64,000 nt of DNA from NCBI GenBank assembly GCA_951406725.2, contig OX597824.1:82770001-82834000 (forward strand), written 5' to 3'. Origin of the DNA: Octopus vulgaris. Its lineage: Eukaryota. Below are positions 38,492 to 53,966 of the stretch, one piece after another. The notes beneath the pieces are model-generated. The model had not been told where the DNA came from, made no database searches, and worked only from the letters and a program-made list of their open reading frames with translations. Each line of letters begins with the position of its first letter. The stretch's first letter is position 1. The position numbers were made by a program, and so were the translations under genes.

Positions 38492-39304
38492 TTAAATGTA
38501 TGTTCTTTGTAATAACAGTTCAAACTACACAAGTGCGTGCTACACGTACACACTCACACACACACACACACACATATAGACACAGACACGCACTGCGCGC
38601 GCGCGATATAGTAGTCGCGCATGTTTATGTGTTTTGACTGTGTAAGCCGTCCACTGTTACGCGTGTATGTAGGAGCAGATTGTATCAGTGTCTATCGTAA
38701 ACACACATACACACAATACATACACACACGTATATATATACACACACAATACATACATACGTATATATATATACACACACAATACATACATATGTATATA
38801 TATACACACACACAATACATACATACACACAATACGTACATATATATAAACACACATACACACAATACATAAATACATATAAACACACATACATATATAT
38901 ATATATTTACACACACAATACATACATATGTATATATACACATACAATACATAAATACATATAAACACACACATACATACAGACAGACATACATACATAT
39001 AAACACACACATGTAAATATATAATGTATGTATGTATATGTATATATATGTGTGTGTGGGAGCGTATTGTGGTCGATGAACCAAGGGTCAGCCCTGATAC
39101 AGTAAATCCTATGATCAAAATAGTTCCAGCCGGGACCATCCCATCTTTCAGTATATTTAGGACTACTGCATTCCCCCAATGTGACTTTCCTTCGGTTTTT
39201 TAATATGGCAAAGGTGGAATTAAAGGGAGATTTAAATGTTATGTTAAACAGTAACCCACCATGCGAGTGTGTTTGGCTTACATAGCAGTCCGCCATGTGT
39301 GTGT

Positions 39305-39362
<58 letters not shown>

Positions 39363-39424
39363 TTGGTAATGTATGTGTATTTTGTTAAAACAGTAGTACT
39401 ATGTGTGTATGTTGTCTGTTTGTT

Positions 39425-39455
<31 letters not shown>

Positions 39456-39695
39456 TTTGTGGGGGTGGGGATGTTGGAGCACTCCGCCATGCATAAATTG
39501 CAGCCATGTAGCAGTTTTGCTACATGTGTGTATACGTTTTGTTTTGACTACATGGCAATGTTTTGAAAATCGTGGCGAAAATATGTCTGCGCTACGAGCA
39601 AAGTGTGCATATAAAATCGCAAAAATGATATATGTACGCATTTTTACAACATAACCACTCTGTTGTATATACCGTACTATATATATATATATATA

Positions 39696-39822
39696 CAGGG
39701 TGTCCCAAAAAAATGTATACACATAGTGGTTCGGCAAAAGAGAACGATAGAATAAGTACTAGGCTTACAAAGAATAAAAAATTTACAATTATTTAAGGTG
39801 TGTATACATTTTTTGGGACACC

Positions 39823-39825
<3 letters not shown>
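39696..39825. mobile_element. Tc1/mariner-type MITE containing a SINE fragment
   Basis: TIRs CAGGGTGTCCCAAAAAA(A)TGTATACAC / GTGTATACATTTTTTGGGACACCCTG, in a TA tract. Confidence 0.8.
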
Positions 39826-39873
<48 letters not shown>

Positions 39874-39893
39874 GGTATATACAACATAGTGAT

Positions 39894-39933
<40 letters not shown>

Positions 39934-40584
39934 TAGCCAAAGAAATCATAAGCATGTTTATATACATGCACACGAGCGGTTGGTGTTGTTATATAGTGGC
40001 ATGTAATGTATGTGTTTAAGTATGTATATATATGTATATATTACGTGTGTGTGTATGTTTGAATTGATAATATAACGATGCAATATATATATACATAGTG
40101 TGTGTGTATGTGTATCAACTCCATTGCAGTCGACAACGTGTATGTATGTATGTATGTATGATGTACGGTTGCCATGTGAGTGTGCGTTTTAACTATATAG
40201 CAGTCAGCCATCTGAGGTGACTGGGTGTGCATATATAGATGGCAGAGTGACATGTACGCATGAATGTGTATATATGCATGGGGGCTTTTGAGCTTTGTAG
40301 CAGTCTCTAATGTATTCTGTGTGTGTGTGTGTATTTTTACTATATAGCTCTGTCATAGTAGTAGTAGAAGTAGTAATGGTGGTGGTGGTGGTGGTGGTGG
40401 TGGTAGTGGTGGTGCCCCCAAGCGCACCTGTTTTGAGTGTGTAGCGATCTTACTGTACGTATCAGTGTGTTTATGTATCTGTATTATGAAGAGAGACGGA
40501 TTGACAGATAGATGGATATATGTCTGTGTATGTATGCGTGCGTATGTGTGTGTGTAGCTCGACAGAGAGATAGAGAGAGACAGA

Positions 40585-40935
40585 CAGGGAAATAGAGAGA
40601 GACGTGTACACAGAGACACATAGAGAGAGAGAGAGAGAGGGAAGGAGAGACAGACAGATACAGAGGGAAATAGAGAGCTAGAGAGAGACGTGTACACAGA
40701 GACACGTAGAGAGAGAGAGAGAGAGAGAGGGAAGGAGAGACAGACAGATACAGAGGGAAATAGAGAGCTAGAGAGAGACGTGTACACAGAGACACGAGAG
40801 AGAGAGAGAGAGAGAGGGAAGGAGAGACAGACAGATACAGAGGGAAATAGAGAGCTAGAGAGAGACGTGTACACAGAGACACGTAGAGACAGAGAGAGAG
40901 GGGGGGAAGGAGAGACAGACAGATAGAGAGAGAAA
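40585..40935. repeat. ~85-90-bp GA-rich tandem repeat, about 4 copies
   Basis: Repeats of GGAAATAGAGAGCTAGAGAGAGACGTGTACACAGAGACACG..GGAAGGAGAGACAGACAGATACAGAG. Confidence 0.9.
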
Positions 40936-41614
40936 GACAGATACAGGGAGAAAAAAGTACTCTGACCATATAGCAGTGCGCGCGTTCTTTTTGTTTTTTG
41001 GTGTGTGTGTGTGTATTGACTATGGAACCGACTGCTGTACAATGTACGAGCGAGGGAGGCGGGGCAGGCGTGTATTTTGACTATACAACAGGCATGGGCT
41101 GATGTACATGTGTGAGTGTGTATGTATATTATGACTATACAACAGACGTGCTGCGTGTGGATTATGTGTTTTGTCTATACAACAGACTGCCTGCCTCTGA
41201 CTACATATGTTTTGACTGTACAGCCGACTGCTGTGCATGTCTGTGTATACATATATATATTATATTATATTTACTATACAGCAGACCGTTGTGCATTTGT
41301 GTGTATTTGTATATAGCAGTTTTGCTGTACATGTATTTTCGCTACAAAAACTGCTGTGTGTGTGTATGTTAATATATTCTACAAGAAGTATTACTGCATA
41401 TCATATGTATGTGTATATGTGTATAGCAGATTGCTAGCATGCGAGTGTATATATTTACTATACAGCAGGTTGTCATGTATGTGTGTTTAGTAGTTGTCCT
41501 GACATATATAACAAAATAATATACAAACATATGCATATATACATACATATATGTACATACCTACATCTATATGTATACATACATGCATATATGGGTACAG
41601 GACACCAAGAAACG

Positions 41615-41656
<42 letters not shown>

Positions 41657-41947
41657 GATATCAGTAATGACAAATGCTTGTACTTATAATAAATCGTGTG
41701 AATTTATACATACATGTATGTGTGTGAGTGTACATATGTGTATATGTATGTGCGTATAGAATATGGTGTTGTTCATAGTCTATGCATGAGTTGACTGTAT
41801 GTGTGTTAATTATATAGCAATATTTTGCGTATATATGTGTGCGTGCCAACCATGTCCGAGTGCCTGTGTATTGATTATATAGCTATGTCGAAAATGTGGA
41901 CATATATAAATATATATACACACACGATACTAAGAGTACTATGCTGC

Positions 41948-42030
<83 letters not shown>

Positions 42031-42996
42031 AAGACAATCAATACTTCATTTCATTTTACTATATATACTTTTTATACTATATATTCTATATTCTACATTG
42101 ATATTATAAAGAATATAAATAAAACAGAAAAAATAGGCAGAGTTTGGAATTTCTTTGAATAATATATATCCCTCTATACACAATCATACACACCCCTTTA
42201 TATATATATATATGTTTATATCGCGCGTGTTAATTATATAGTAGTATGTCGTATAGTAAATGTACTAACCATATACAGGCGTGTATATTGATTAAATCGC
42301 TATGTCATGGATCTGTGTGTTGACAATAATATATATACGTAGGTGTATGTTAATTGTATAGTAAGTACGTTGCGTATACATGTGTCTGTTAAGACGTGTT
42401 GAATTTTATAGTAGTATGCCGCGTGTATATACACAGTTACTGTGAACTACTATTTAGATGTACTTATATATTGGTTGTGTAGAATGTCATATGTATGTAT
42501 GTATATATGTAGGATTTCGTGCGCGTGTATATATGTTAAGTAGGATGTTGCGTATGCGTGTATGTTATGTAGTATGTTTATATAAATTCATAAATTTATA
42601 TACGTGTGTGTGTTGATTACAATATAGTTGTATGTACATGTCAATGTTGATAATTAATAAGTAAGAATATCAAGTGTGTGTATATATATGTATGTATGTA
42701 AATTTCATAGCAGTGTGTGTGTGATAAGGGGTGTGTATGTTTTGACTACGTAGGCGTGCCATGTGTGCGTTTAGTAATAATCGTGTTTGCATATATAACA
42801 GTTAGCTATATGTATGTATACATTGGTGTATGTATGTATGTAGGTGTGCATGCATGTATGTATGTATATATGTCATTATGTTTATCTTTTATCTTTTACT
42901 TGTTTCAGTCATTAGACTGTGGCCATGCTGGGGCACCACCTGTATGTATATTTACATATGAATGTATTGTATACATACGTACACTCATTCATTGAA

Positions 42997-43048
<52 letters not shown>

Positions 43049-44155
43049 GCATACAGAAATACGTTCGCATGTCAACAAACATACTGATGTGTCTAATATA
43101 ATCAATACACATACACACTTATACATCGTTAGCATATACACATAAACACGGCATACTGCTACCATTATATATACACACAGTCAATACATGCAGACACGAT
43201 AAACTACTATATCGTCAACACATACTCACATATGCATACACACACATGTAAATATATATATATATATACACTCACACACTGTTACTGTAGTACAAATACT
43301 AGTCTCAAACAAATGTATGCATGCATAAATATACATATGTATAGATGTATGTACGCAAGAATGCAGGTCTGTATATATGCATGTATGTATATAATGTATA
43401 TATGCATGTATGTATATAATGTATATATGTATGTATGCATCTATGAACGTATGTATGCATGAAAATGTAGAAGTAGTCCACAATGTGTATATGCCTTTGC
43501 GTGTATGTATGTATATGATACTATCATATCGTGTATGTATATGAGTGGTTGTGTATATACGTGTGAGTGGGTGCGTATATGTGTACATCACAAACTAACT
43601 ATATACGTATAATTGTTAATGGTAGTTGTCATATTGTGTTGTGTGTGTGTGTATGCGATTGTATACACCGTAGTAGTCTGCCGTGCGTATATTGATCGTA
43701 TTATTTGTATATAGTAAAGTAAAGTGCGTGTGGGACTCGTAGTAGTTCTGCCATGTGTATATTTTTAACACGACAGTGTTCCGTTCTATAAATATTTTTA
43801 TCCCATGGTTTTCATGCGTGTGTGTGTAGGTGTTGTGTGTGTGTGTAGGTGTCACTGTAGCAGTTTGATTGATGTATGCACATATATAATATCCAGTATT
43901 TAATATTGTCATCAACATTCGTATATCAAGAATATATATATAACTTCGTATATTCATACCAAGATTTAATTATTTATGTCTATCTATATATAAACACACA
44001 CACATACGTGTATACATATATATATATATAAATATATAAACACACACATAATGAATATATATCATCCCCACCCCACCTTCTCTTTCTTTGTATATATATA
44101 TATACACACACACACACACAGTAACAAACACACATCACCGTTTATAAGGTACATT

Positions 44156-44207
<52 letters not shown>

Positions 44208-45111
44208 AACACACACCTACTACAATAATAGCAGCTTAAGGTGCATATACATTTTAACAGCTTGATGCGTGTATATAAGTGACTTAACATAGGCTAAGTA
44301 GTATATATGTGTCTGTATATAGGTGTGTGTGTGTGTATATATATAGATATATGTGTATGTATATATATATAAATATGTGTATGTGTGTGTATATGTGTGC
44401 AAACTGTATGTATATCCCATTTATAAAAAAATGTTATATGTATACACTCACTGTGTCTAGATAAAATTTTTCTTGTTTTTGAGTATATATAATCTGCACG
44501 TCATATTGCTGTGAATGCATGTCTATATACAGAGATATATAAACTAGAAAATAGTGTAGAAGATATATATATATATTTATATATGGTATCTGTAAAGAAT
44601 TGTGGTGTGTATATACATTTCCAGGATGGCAGTGTGTGTCCATGTCTACACACCAATATGGAATCTATATAATTAGACTGAATAACCATGTGGTATGTAT
44701 ACATACATGTTGTCTTCATAGTCTGGCTTGCTTATATATTGTCAATAGTGTACATTGTGTATACAGTGTGTGTATGTGTATAATTATCTCCATAGACATG
44801 TCGTGGTGTGTATAGTTAACATTCTAATTTGGTGTGTATAGTTTATACAGCAGTAATGTGTGTGTATATAGTCACTAGTTCAGAAATGGATGTTATTCAT
44901 ACCATCAACAAAGTGGGTGTATGTATGTGCAAGGAAGTATGTGCACATGTGGTTATATACTAATGTGGTGTGTATAATATATCTGTGCATGTGTATATAT
45001 TATTTACACATATTGTATGTATGTGCATATCCATGTATAGAGGTGTGTCAAAAATAACCAGAAATATATGGCTTCAACAGTAGCCTATTATACACACAGA
45101 AACTGTATATG

Positions 45112-45166
<55 letters not shown>

Positions 45167-45194
45167 AGTTTCCTCAACTAGGAAACCTATTAAG

Positions 45195-45605
45195 GAGGTG
45201 CTCCAGCATGGCTGCAGTAAAATGACTGAAACAAGTTAAAGAATATAAAAAAGAATATATATATAGGCACAGGAGTGGCTGTGTGGTAAAAAGCCTGCTT
45301 CCCAACCACATGGTTCTGGGTTCAGTCCCACTGCATGGCACCTTGGGCGAGTGTCTTCAACTATAGCTTCAGGCCAACCAAAGCCTTGTGAGTGGAGTTG
45401 GTCCACGGAAACTGAAAGAAGCCCATTATGTGTGTGTGTGTGTGTATGTATGTGTGTCTTGTGTTTGTCCCCCCACCATTGCTTCACAACCGATGTTGCT
45501 GTGTTTATGTCCCAGTAACTTAGGGGGTTGATTTGTTCAACTAAAGGCAGCAGTGCTCCAGCATGGCTGCAGTCAAATGACTGAATCAAGAAAAAGAATA
45601 AAAGA
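45195..45605 (+). mobile_element. SINE tail followed by a near full-length major SINE with an internal deletion
   Basis: Head GGAGTGGCTGTGTGGTAA at ~45272 and tail at ~45590. Confidence 0.8.
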
Positions 45606-46247
45606 ATATATATGCACACACTCACACATACATGTAGATATATATATATGATATATGTGTGTATGTATATACACACACATATACATACAATCACACAAGA
45701 CATGCTTTATATTGCCCCAGCATGGCAGCTGTCCGATAACTGCAACAAGTAAAAGGAAAAAGATATACACACATATTTTGTATGGATGCATACAAATACA
45801 TATATACACACACAAACATTCACATATACATATATTATAAAACACACACATATTACAGTTTATATAGATGCATACAAAATACATACACACACACATACAT
45901 ACATAGTACTATGAATGTATATGTATATATTATGCATATATATATATATGTGTGTGTTTCTAATCTTTATAGTAGCCAAGTAAGAATAAAACTGTTATAT
46001 CTCTGTCTACTCTCTCTTATTTTGTCTGCAGTTTCATGCACTTGGTAAGTCTTATTTATAGCTTGTTGGTCTTTGGAACCGGTTTAGTGTGCAGGCCTGT
46101 GTGTAACTGCAAACACATGTCGTATGTCTGTGCGGTTTTGTGTTTGAATGCATATAGGCGTACCTAATCAATATGTACGCACACATAAATATATGTATGT
46201 ACGTATGTATGTATGTATGTATGTATGTAGTGTGCTTGAATGTATAT

Positions 46248-46820
<573 letters not shown>

Positions 46821-47227
46821 ATAGATGTATGAGCAGACATCTGACCAATATCTACACAAACATAATACATGCATACATACACACAAACATGTGTATGTGA
46901 ATGCCTCTTATTGTATGCGTGTGCCAAGTGTGTATGCAAGCGCAAGCTACTTATCAATGTGTGTGTGTGTTGTGTTACTGTAGTATTTCTGTCCTGTATC
47001 TATGGTAATTTGGGGGGATTTCTTGCAATGCCACAACAGTTCCTTTCATGTGTTCTGATTGGTGAAAGTAGTTTAGCAGTGGTTGCATAGTATGCCCTAG
47101 TAGTAGACTGCTATACATTTAGCTATCTCTATATATGTGCATATGCACATGTGTGTGTATGCATTTAGAAGAGTGCGGAATGTCCATTTAGGTGGATGTG
47201 TACGTGTATATATTATGAGGAATTATA

Positions 47228-47377
47228 TAGTAGTCCAACGCACATCGATCCACTTTGTTGTGGTATAAGCGCCATCCTGTAGTATAAATAGGTATATAGA
47301 TATATATACATATGTATATATGCATAAATATGTTTGTATCATATCATCATGTCCGTTCTCCATGTATGTGTTCTAGT

Positions 47378-47422
<45 letters not shown>

Positions 47423-47502
47423 TTTATTGTGATATAAGCACCATCCTGTAGTATACATAGGTATATAGATATATATACATATGTATATATGCATAAATGT
47501 TT

Positions 47503-47537
<35 letters not shown>

Positions 47538-48365
47538 CACTTTATTGTGATATAAGCACCATCCTGTAGTATACATAGGTATATAGATATATATACATAT
47601 GTATATATGCATAAATATGTTTTTATGCGTATGTGTGTGTGTATATATATATATTATGCACACATGCAGTGGAAGGTGCCTAGTGGTATTGCTCTGGACA
47701 GAGCCTTTTAAGTGACAACTGCTGTCTGATAACATTAAGCAGAGGAGCAACAAACAAGTGCTTGATAACATTATCTGATATTATAATAAGGCATCTCCAA
47801 CAGTAAATGTGTGTGTATGTGTGTGTGTGTTTATGTGTGTGCACATAGCTGTCCATTCAATATCCTATATATGTATCTATCTATCTATTACATGGTGTAT
47901 GTAGTAGTCCGACAGAGTCGATCTATTCTCTTGTGGTAAGTAGCATCCTGTGGTATATAATGAATGCATGCATATGTATATAAATATATATATATATATA
48001 TACACATATGTGTGTGTATATTATATAAACATATTTACACACCCAGTATATATGTGTAAGTATTATATAAACATATATATATATATATATATAGATATCA
48101 ATGGCGGTGCCCCAGCATGGCCACAGCTCGTGAGCTGAAACTAGATAAAATAAAAATAAAAATAAAATAAAATATATATACACACATCCACACACAGTGG
48201 AAGATACTCAGTGTTATTGCTTTAGGGCAGTGCCTTTTAGATAACAATAACCACCTGATAACATTATACAGAGGCATCACAAACTGGTAGCATTATCTGA
48301 TATTATAATAAGCATATTTAAGCGTGTGTTTGTGTGCATGTGTATTTGTTGTCCATTTAATGCAT
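47228..48365. repeat. Nested local duplications (3x ~90-bp unit plus older ~150-bp duplicates)
   Basis: CACTTT(A/G)TTGTG(A/G)TATAAGC(A/G)CCATCCTGTAGTAT at 47251, 47420 and 47538; CATTATCTGATATTATAATAAG at ~47770 and ~48291. Confidence 0.8.
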
Positions 48366-48888
48366 GTATGTATATGTGAGGGTATGTATGTATGTATGTG
48401 TACATTATGCGATGTATGTAGCAGTCCGACATGTGGCAATGCAGCATGACGAAGAAACGGTGTGGTTTAGCATCAAGTCGGCGCTGATCAAGCAGACACC
48501 TTTGATCAAAGGCAGTATTCCAGCTGTGACCATCCTGTCGTTTTTTCTCCTAAATGTTGAATTGCATTATCCAATGTACTCAGCCTGTTTAAAGATGGCA
48601 GCATCGGACATGAGGGAGATTGGGCTGCTATTTCTAGCATGTCAAGCAACCACATAAAGGCTACAAGGGTACTTTCTAATGGTGAGTGTGCATGTGGATA
48701 CATTATATATATATAAATAAGATACAGTGTACATATAAACACATGAGGAATTCACTCATGGGATTCAACATGTATATATAAATATATACACACACACACA
48801 TACATGCATGCATGTCATAAAAAATTAAATTGTCTATCAACAATTTCAATGTGAAATAAATTCTACTACTACAATCATCATCATCATC

Positions 48889-48944
<56 letters not shown>

Positions 48945-49348
48945 CAGCAGCAGCACCACCACCACCACCACCATTTTACTGATGATTAAGTTTGGGACTT
49001 GTACTGCATATATTTAGTTAGATTTTTTTTATTCTTAATTATTTATGCCTAATTATGAAGATAACATTGCAAGTGTGTGAAGTATTATTGATGGAATCGT
49101 TAAACATATTGAATACAAAATACACGTTATATATGTATAAATATATATATATATGTATATATGTATATACACACACATGCGTCTATGTCTGTATGTAGTC
49201 CATTTAGATGCTAAGCATATACTGTGTGTTTGTATGTGCTGCATGTTGTGCACTATATATAAAGTACACACACAACACATGTATACATGCATGTGTGTAT
49301 TGTCCATTTAGTTGCAATATAAATGTTGTATATATATATATATATATA

Positions 49349-49479
49349 TCATCATCGTTTAACGTCTGCTTTCCATGCTAGCATGGGTTGGACGATTTTG
49401 ACTGAGGGCTGGCGAACCAGATGGCTGCACCAGGCTCCAATCTTGATCTGGCAGTTTCTACAGCTGGATGCCCTTCCTA

Positions 49480-49480
<1 letters not shown>
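49349..49480 (-). mobile_element. RTE-tailed SINE/LINE 3' end
   Basis: TTAGGAAGGGCATCCAGCTGTAGAAAC...CCAACCCATGCTAGCATGGAAAGCAGACGTTAAACGATGATGA. Confidence 0.8.
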
Positions 49481-49518
<38 letters not shown>

Positions 49519-49707
49519 GTAGTTGACAATGTGTGGGCATAGCATATCAATGTATACATAGAAGAGTAGGCATGTATGTATATATATACATACATGTGTG
49601 TGTGTGTGTGTTCATAGTCCATTTAGTACTTCTAGCAACACAGTAGTGTGTAGATGTTTAATGTTTTTGACCAGTCTATGTGTGTTTATGTTTATGGGAG
49701 GGATGGT

Positions 49708-50070
49708 ACAGGGGTGGCTATGTGGTAAGAAGTTTGCTTCCCAACCACATGGTTCCAGGTTCAGTCCTACTGCGTGACACCTTGGGCAAGTATCTTCTGC
49801 TATAACCTCGAGCCACCAAAGCCTTGTGAGTGGTGTTGGTAGATGTCAAATATATATATATATATACATACACATACATATACGTGTCTTTGTGTCTGTA
49901 GGTCTCCCTCATCAGCACCTGATAACTTGTGTTGGTTTGTTTGCATCTGTATAGCTTAGTGGTTCAGCAAAAAAAAAAATGGTAGAATAAGTACTGGGCT
50001 TCATTAGTTCAATTAAAACCCAAGTTGGTGCTCCAGCATGGCCACAGTCAATTGACTGAAACAAATGAAA
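49708..50070 (+). mobile_element. Diverged major SINE
   Basis: Head and tail motifs are both present. Confidence 0.75.
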
Positions 50071-50126
50071 GCTAGAAGATATACATATATTTACACATAT
50101 ATAAGATGTGTCTGTGTGTTACAAAG

Positions 50127-50293
50127 CACTCATTACACTCTCAGAGTGGTTGGTATTAGGAAGGGCATCCAGCTGTAGAAATTATGCCAAATCAGATTGG
50201 AACCTGGTGCAGCTCTCCAGCTAACCAGTTCCTGTCAAACCGTCTAACCCATGCCAGCATGGAAAGCAGTCGTTAAATGATGATTATGATGAT
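50127..50293 (+). mobile_element. RTE-tailed SINE/LINE 3' end
   Basis: Same sequence as 49349-49480 and 57262-57422. Confidence 0.8.
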
Positions 50294-50340
50294 ATGTGAA
50301 TGCATAACAATGAGTGTACAGAAGAGCTTGTGTGTGTGTG

Positions 50341-50410
<70 letters not shown>

Positions 50411-50729
50411 CATCTATGTATGTATGTGTGCCCACACATGCACATACACATATTTTCACAAAATAACTGTTTGTCGACATGATTTGCTACAAGTTCACGA
50501 GGGCATACAACTGAAATCTCTTGGATATCCATATATAATTAACTATTAACAGACACAGGCGAAGGTTTGGTGACAGGAAGAGCATCTGACAACTGAAAAC
50601 TTGGATGGTGTATGACAATGATAATAGATGATGATGTATGTATGTATGTATGAATCTATGTGAAACATCCTTATTTTGGTTTCAGCCAGTCCACCATGGC
50701 CATGCTGGAGCACTGCATGTTCGGGTTAT

Positions 50730-50900
50730 AGTTGATGACCAAGTGTGCAAGGAACTGGATCAGAGGTTCATGTGCTATCACCAGTGCTAAATCATTGGTA
50801 TCCAAGATATTCAACTCTCAATTGGCTAAGTCCACCAAGCTAGGAACCACCAGAGTACAGAGTTGCCAATCAGCAGCCCTGGTTTTATTGTTTAAGTCTC
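50730..50900 (+). mobile_element. Possible LINE post-RT relic
   Basis: VDDQVCKELDQR / SLVSKIFNSQLAKSTKL resembles the EI..RI....L..IW....LS..TK segment of RTE/L2 ORF2. Confidence 0.3.
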
Positions 50901-51119
50901 ATTACAGTGTTTGTGGCACACCTATGAATGAAAACTATTCCAGCCATGACTACCCTGGTCTTTTTTGTTTCCTCAGACTTTTTCGCACAAATGTTAAGAA
51001 CTTCAGGATGCACCTGATGGGCCAGTAGAATTTCACTGGAAAATAGGGGTTGAACAGTTTGACAGGAGATGACGAATGGGAGAGCTGCACCGGGTTCCAG
51101 TTGTCTGTTTTAGAAACCT

Positions 51120-51505
51120 TAAGAACCTTGCTGCCCAACCACAAGGTTCTGGGTTCGGTCCCACTTTGAAACACCTTGGGCAAGTGTCTTCCACTATAGC
51201 ATTGGGACAACCAAAGCCTGTGAGTGGATTTGTATGATGGAAACTGAAAGAAGCCCATCATATATATATATATATGATGGGCTTCTTTGTGTGTGTGTGT
51301 TTGTGTGTCCATCCGTCATTGCTTGACAACCAATGCTGGTGTGTTTATGTCCCTGTAACTTTGCGGTTTGGCAAAAGAGACCAATAGAATATGTATTGGG
51401 CTTACAAAGAATAAGTCCTGGGGACGATTTCTTCGACTAAAACCCTTCAAGGGTGTGTGCACCAGTATGGCCGCAGTCAAATGACTGAAACAAGTAAAAG
51501 AACAG
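51120..51505 (+). mobile_element. Major SINE, near full length
   Basis: Head B-box GGTTCGGTCCC and tail GACTGAAACAAGTAAAAG. Confidence 0.85.
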
Positions 51506-52610
51506 AAGAATAAAACTGACGATTGGAACCTGGTGTTGCCCTCTGGCGGCTTTATCAGCTTTCATCAAGACTGTCCAACCCATGCCAGCATGGAAAACAG
51601 ACATTAAACAATGATGATGATTATAACGATGATGAATGGAGGTGATGATGACAATGAAAACAACAAGAATAGTTTCTAATTTAGGGACACAGTGAGCCAT
51701 TTTGAGGGGAGGGAGAAAGTCAATTATCCCAACCTCAGCACATGACTGGTATTTTATTTAGGTGAAAGGCAAAGTTGCTCTTAGCAGGATTTGAACTCAG
51801 AACTAAAGAGTCAGAAGAAATGTTGCTAAGCATCTTATCCAATTCTTCATAATTGCTTCAAATTTTAGCACAAGGCCAGCAATTTCAAGAGGATGGGATA
51901 GTCAATTACATTAACCTCAGTACGTGACTGGTACTTTACATTAAGGTCTTTGAAACGACAAACAGCAAAGTTGATCTCAACTGGATTTGAACTAAGAACG
52001 TAAAGAAAAGTGGCAGAACAAATACCACAAGGTATTTATTTTGCCCAGCACTTTAAAAATTCTGTCAGCAAGTTGCCCAACAGATTAGGGGACATTACAG
52101 GGATAGGTTACAGAAAGGGTACAGGCCTAGAAATCAGGTGAAAAAGGAAGAAGAAACCAGAGAAAAGGTAATTTACAAATGTGTTCCCAAGTTTTCAGAG
52201 TGGACTACCACCTTGGGGCCAATCAAGATTACCATGACCATCAAGGATAAATATACTCTTGTAAGTTGTCTGTCTCCACTCTACACTTAAATTAGTTTAT
52301 AGTTATGATTGTAATTACTGCTAATTAGCGAGCAACAGACCAAGGTAAATAGAGAACTGCTGTGACCTTGACAAAAAGGTCACCACTAGGAATAATAGAA
52401 AGTCTGGATGCTTGCGTTTGTGTGTGTGTATATCTTATTTATGTATTCATATATGTGTGTGTGAGTGTGTATTGGATACAATTAGTGTGGAAGCATATGT
52501 ATATATGAATATACATTCTTCATGTTTGAGTTTATAAACATCTCTGCATGTGTCTGTGTATAATATATATACATAATACAAAACAAAGTACTATATATAT
52601 ATATATATAC

Positions 52611-53000
52611 TCTTTTACTTGTTTCAGTCATTTGACTGCGGCCATGCTGGAGCACCACCTTTAGTCGAGCAAATCGACCCCAGGACTTATTCTTTGTAAG
52701 CCCAGTACTTATTCTATCAGTCTCTTTTGCCGAACTGCTAAGTGACAGGGACGTAAACACACCAGCATCGGTTGTCAAGCAATGCTAGGGGGACAAACAC
52801 AGACACACAAACACATATACACACATATATATATACATATATACGACAGGCTTCTTTCAGTTTCTGTCTACCAAATCCACTCACAAGGCATTGGTCAGCC
52901 CGAAGCTATAGCAGAAGACACTTGCCCAAGATGCCACGCAGTGGGACTGAACCCGGAACCATGTGGTTGGTTAGCAAGCTACTTACCACACAGCCACTCC
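52611..53000 (-). mobile_element. Full-length, low-divergence major tRNA-derived SINE
   Basis: Head GGAGTGGCTGTGTGGTAAG (A box) and CCGGGTTCAGTCCC (B box), internal TA/TG tract, tail GACTGAAACAAGTAAAAGAG. Confidence 0.9.
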
Positions 53001-53251
53001 TATATGTGTGTGTTTTTTAAGTCTGTCTGAAGAACAAGTCTTGTCCTGGTACTGCATATTCTAACATTCAACATAATAATAATAATTATCGATCACCCCA
53101 CTCCTCCATTCCCCACCCCACCCCACCTCCCAAACAACAACAACAACAACAGCCACAAGCACAAAAACCGGAAACAAAAGAAAGAAAGAAAACTGAAAGT
53201 GACTTGTGAAGTGTCTGACACTGGGAGGAAACTGGACCTGATGGTATTGGC

Positions 53252-53274
53252 TAGTAGTAGTAGTAGCAGCAGTA

Positions 53275-53338
<64 letters not shown>

Positions 53339-53339
53339 A

Positions 53340-53370
<31 letters not shown>

Positions 53371-53669
53371 AGACTTAGTTGTAGAAAGTGTTGTTGGTGG
53401 AGGTGGAGGTGATGGTAGTGGTGGCAGTAGGTAGTGTCGATTGCAGCAGGAGATTGCAGCAGGAGTGATAGAGATGGTGGTGGTGGTTTTAGTAGTAGTA
53501 TTGATAGTAGTAGTAGTGGTGGTGTTTCTAATAACAGGAGTGATTATGATGGTGGTAGTGATGGCTGTGGTAGTCACAGCTAAAGTAGTAGTAATAATGT
53601 AGGTAGTAGTACTTTGTCAATACAAGTACGTTTAGAAACTCATTAAAATATACTACAAGTAGCAGCAGC

Positions 53670-53706
<37 letters not shown>

Positions 53707-53934
53707 AGAGGAATAGTAGTTTTGGTGGTAGTTTGACAGTAGGAGCATTTGCACAAATACCTTAACAATGTACTAATACTACAATTGATAGTAGTGGTGG
53801 TTGGTAGTAGTTGTTGTGGTAGTCACACCAGTAATAATAGTAGTTGTTGTAGTGGTAGTGGTGGTGGTGTTTTGTAATATTAGAATTAGCAGTTTTTTCA
53901 ATACAAGCATATTTACAACTAGTTTATTAACAAT

Positions 53935-53966
<32 letters not shown>

